DNA from: Eledone cirrhosa
Lineage: Eukaryota
Length of the DNA stretch: 64,000 nucleotides
Direction: 5' to 3'
Assembly: GCA_964016885.1 (NCBI GenBank)
Contig: OZ024766.1
Location: 5,394,001 to 5,458,000 of the forward strand
The notes under the pieces are model-generated. The model was not told the DNA's origin. It did no database searches and saw only the letters and a list, made by a program, of their open reading frames with translations. Both the position numbers and the translations under genes were made by a program. Numbering within the stretch: position 1 is the stretch's first letter; each line of letters begins with the position of its first letter. Shown here one piece after another: positions 60,941-64,000 of the stretch.

Positions 60941-60986
60941 AGGGGTGAGGGGATGTGAAAAAAAAAGGGATTTAGGGTTTACTTAC

Positions 60987-61069
60987 TCTCTGGGGAAGAG
61001 CTTACAGTGGATGTCCCCTGATGAGGTGTGAAGGATACTGGACTCAGCCACACGAGTATAGGAAGCATC
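60987..61069 (-). CDS. PPWD1: PPWD1 exon (DASYTRVAESSILHTSSGDIHCKLFPRE)
   Basis: CTCCAG acceptor, GTAAGT donor; 83 nt. Confidence 0.95.
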
Positions 61070-61111
61070 CTGGAGAGAGACAGACAGACATACTGTTAGA
61101 CATACTGTGTG

Positions 61112-61144
<33 letters not shown>

Positions 61145-61164
61145 ATATATGTATATATAAAGTG

Positions 61165-62180
61165 GTCTTGTACTCTCAGTCACTTAACACCAATGAAACT
61201 AAGACAGACTTTAACCCTGTGATGGACTGGTGTCCTGTCCAGGGGGAAGTCTTGTACTCTCAGTCACTTAACACCAATGAAACTAAGACAGACTTTAACC
61301 CTGTGATGGACTGGTGTCCTGTCCAGGGGGAAGTCTTGTACTCTCAGTCACTTAACACCAATGAAACTAAGACAGACTTTAACCCTGTGATGGACTGGTG
61401 TCCTGTCCAGGGGGAAGTCTTGTACTCTCAGTCACTTAACACCAATGATACTAAGACAGACTTTAACCCTGTGATGGACTGGTGTCCTGTCCAGGGGGAA
61501 GTCTTGTACTCTCAGTCACTTAACACCAATGAAACTAAGACAGACTTTAATCCTGTGATGGACTGGTGTCCTGTCCAGGGGGAAGTCTTGTATTCTCAGT
61601 CACTTAACACCAATGAAACTAAGACAGACTTTAACCCTGTGATGGACTGGTGTCCTGACCAGGGGGAAGTCTTGTACTCTCAGTCACTTAACACCAATGA
61701 AACTAAGACAGACTTTAACCCTGTGATGGACTGGTGTCCTGTCCAGGGGGAAGTCTTGTACTCTCAGTCACTTAACACCAATGAAACTAAGACAGACTTT
61801 AACCCTGTGATGGACTGGTGTCCTGTCCAGGGGGAAGTCTTGTACTCTCAGTCACTTAACACCAATGAAACTAAGACAGACTTTAACCCTGTGATGGACT
61901 GGTGTCCTGTCCAGGGGGAAGTCTTGTACTCTCAGTCACTTAACACCAATGATACTAAGACAGACTTTAACCCTGTGATGGACTGGTGTCCTGTCCAGGT
62001 GGAAGTCTTGTACTCTCAGTCACTTAACACCAATGAAACTAAGACAGACTTTAACCCTGTGATGGACTGGTGTCCTGTCCAGGGGGAAGTTTTGTACTCT
62101 CAGATGCTTCTCACCATGAAACCGGGATAAGCATCGACCAAACGAGCCTTAATTAGCTTAAGACAGACTTTAGACTTTAG
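61165..62180 (+). repeat. 84-bp tandem repeat x11, derived from a V-domain-like SINE 3' portion
   Basis: Unit contains AACCCTGTGATGGACTGGTGTCCTGTCCAGGGG; array ends in a unique SINE-like tail GAAACCGGGATAAGC..GAGCC..AGACTTTA. Confidence 0.85.
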
Positions 62181-62186
62181 ACATAC

Positions 62187-62253
62187 CTGTGTGGCAGCAA
62201 CCAGTTCCTCCTTTGAGGGTTTCTCATTAAAGATGTCTCTCTCTGTGGCACCG
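62187..62253 (-). CDS. PPWD1: PPWD1 exon (SGATERDIFNEKPSKEELVAATQ)
   Basis: TTACAG acceptor, GTATGT donor; 67 nt; conserved RD(I/V)FNEKPSKEE linker. Confidence 0.95.
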
Positions 62254-62482
62254 CTGTAACGAGAGAACATGTAGAAATAGGCAGGTGAGTGAAGGTGATG
62301 ATGGCGTTGTTGTTGTTAGTGGTGGTGTTGGTGTTGTTGTTAGTGGTGGTGTTGGTGTTGTTGTTAGTGGTGTTGGTGTAGTTGTTAGTGGTGGTGTTGT
62401 TGTAAGTGGTGTTGATGTTGTTGTTAGTGATGTTGGTGTCAGCAAAATCGAAATTAAATACGTTTCAAAACAGTAACAACAT

Positions 62483-63085
62483 GGAGGCCTATGGCTTAGT
62501 GGTTAGAGCATTGGCCTTGCAATCGAAAGGTTGTGAGTTCAATTCTCAGACCGGGTGGTGTGTTGTTTCCTTGAGCAAGACACTTTATTTCACATTGTTC
62601 CAGTTTACTCAGCTGTAGAAATGAGATGATAGGGACTGGGGTCCCTATCATTCCACTGCAAAGTGGTCGTGGAGGTGCCACGGCAAAAAAGCACCCAGCA
62701 CTCACTGTAAAGTGGTCGTGGAGGTGCCACGGCAAAAAAGCACCCAGCACTCACTGTAAAGTGGTCGTGGAGGTGCCACAGCAAAAAAGCACCCAGCACT
62801 CACTGTAAAGTGGTCGTGGAGGCGCCACAGCAAAAAAGCACCCAGCACTCACTGTAAAGTGGTCGTGGAGGTGCCATGGCAAAAAAGCACCCAGCCCACA
62901 CTGTAAAGTGGTCGTGGAGGTGCCACAGCAAAAAAGCACCCAGCACTCACTGTTAATGAGGTTGGTGTTAGGAAGGGCATCCAGCTGTAGAAATCAAGCC
63001 AGAATCAGTTCCCGTCCCACCCTTGCAAGCAGGGAAAAAACGGGACGTAAAATGAAATGATGATGATGATGATGATGATGATGAT
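62483..63085 (+). mobile_element. CORE-like SINE with about 6 internal 49-bp tandem units, intronic in PPWD1
   Basis: tRNA head at 62483; units from about 62654 to 62953; (TGA)n tail ends about 6 nt from the splice donor. Confidence 0.88.
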
Positions 63086-63096
63086 AACATACAAAC

Positions 63097-63340
63097 CTTT
63101 TTATGTCCTCCGGTTCCCGCCTCGTAAACATATAGAAGCGGTTCTTCTTGAAGGCCGTACAGAAGAGTGTGGGGTCTTGCAAGGGAGCCTGGATGATGGG
63201 GTTGTCGGCGGCAACCATGTCCGCATCCAGCGCCACCTTCTGCCGTTTGCCGGAACCCTGTAGCAGGCTGATCTGCAACAGACGGGCATTCTCTGGCTTG
63301 CCAAGAATGCGCGGACACTGATTGGTGTAGAGGTTGATCA
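63097..63340 (-). CDS. PPWD1: PPWD1 exon (VINLYTNQCPRILGKPEN...DPTLFCTAFKKNRFYMFTRREPEDIK); the gene continues beyond the window
   Basis: CTACAG acceptor, GTTTGT donor; 244 nt; matches the remembered end of the PPWD1 WD40 region (FKKNRFYMFT.REP). Confidence 0.94.
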
Positions 63341-63409
63341 CTGTAGGTGGTGGTGGAGAAGAGAAGTTAAGATATACAACTGGCTGTGAAATACTATGAA
63401 ATCTGTGCA

Positions 63410-64000
63410 CATTATGCTATGAAATTTGCGTGTATAGTTATAAAATCTGTGCATATTACAGTGTGAATTCTGTGTACATTAATTCATGAAATATGTACAT
63501 ATTAGGCTATGAAATCTATGCATATTATACTATTAAATAAGTATGTGTTATGCTATGAAATCTATGCATGTTATACTATTAAATAAGTATGTGTTATGCT
63601 ATGAAATCTATGCATGTTATACTATTAAATAAGTATGTGTTATGCTATGAAATCTATGCATGTTATACTATTAAATAAGTGTGTTATGCTATGAAATCTA
63701 TGCATATTATACTATTAAATAAGTGTGTTATGCTATGAAATCTATGCATGTTATACTATTAAATAAGTGTGTTATGCTATGAAATCTATGCATGTTATAC
63801 TATTAAATAAGTGTGTTATGCTATGAAATCTATGCATGTTATACTATTAAATAAGTATGTGTTATGCTATGAAATCTATGCATGTTATACTATTAAATAA
63901 GTATGTGTTATGCTATGAAATCTATGCATGTTATACTATTAAATAAGTATGTGTTATGCTATGAAATCTATGCATGTTATACTATTAAATAAGTATGTGT
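63410..64000. repeat. 46/44-bp intronic minisatellite
   Basis: GTTATGCTATGAAATCTATGCATGTTATACTATTAAATAAGT(AT)GT, degenerate at the left edge. Confidence 0.9.

Noticed and set aside
61021-62130. 28-aa repeat with zinc-finger-like period (84 bp)
   Set aside because: No CxxC/HxxxH pattern; SINE-derived and antisense within a PPWD1 intron

Overview
Very AT-rich eukaryotic genomic DNA, most likely a coleoid cephalopod such as Octopus. This is inferred from massive (TA)n/(CA)n/(CAC)n microsatellites, tRNA-derived SINEs with (TGA)n tails, RTE/Tx1 LINE debris and a tandem C2H2 zinc-finger gene; it is not confirmed by search. Almost all ORFs in the supplied track are microsatellite artefacts. Two real genes are present, both on the minus strand: a 15-finger C2H2 gene (45684-46967) and the last six coding exons of the spliceosomal cyclophilin PPWD1 (63340-57474), all with GT-AG junctions in phase. 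The most interesting hidden signal is about ten type-I hammerhead ribozyme motifs (CUGAUGA...GAAA...UH) in at least three sequence families, with compensatory stem changes. They sit in short (TA)n-embedded elements that are repeatedly folded back into palindromes, as expected for Penelope-like or retrozyme-type retroelements. Other notable structures are a frameshifted zinc-finger unit amplified into an 83-bp minisatellite, a 60 x 65-bp satellite with higher-order repeats, head-to-head 31/33-bp foldback arrays, a 3.8-kb alternating inverted triplication, and a PPWD1 intron with tandem AG|GT ratchet-like acceptors.
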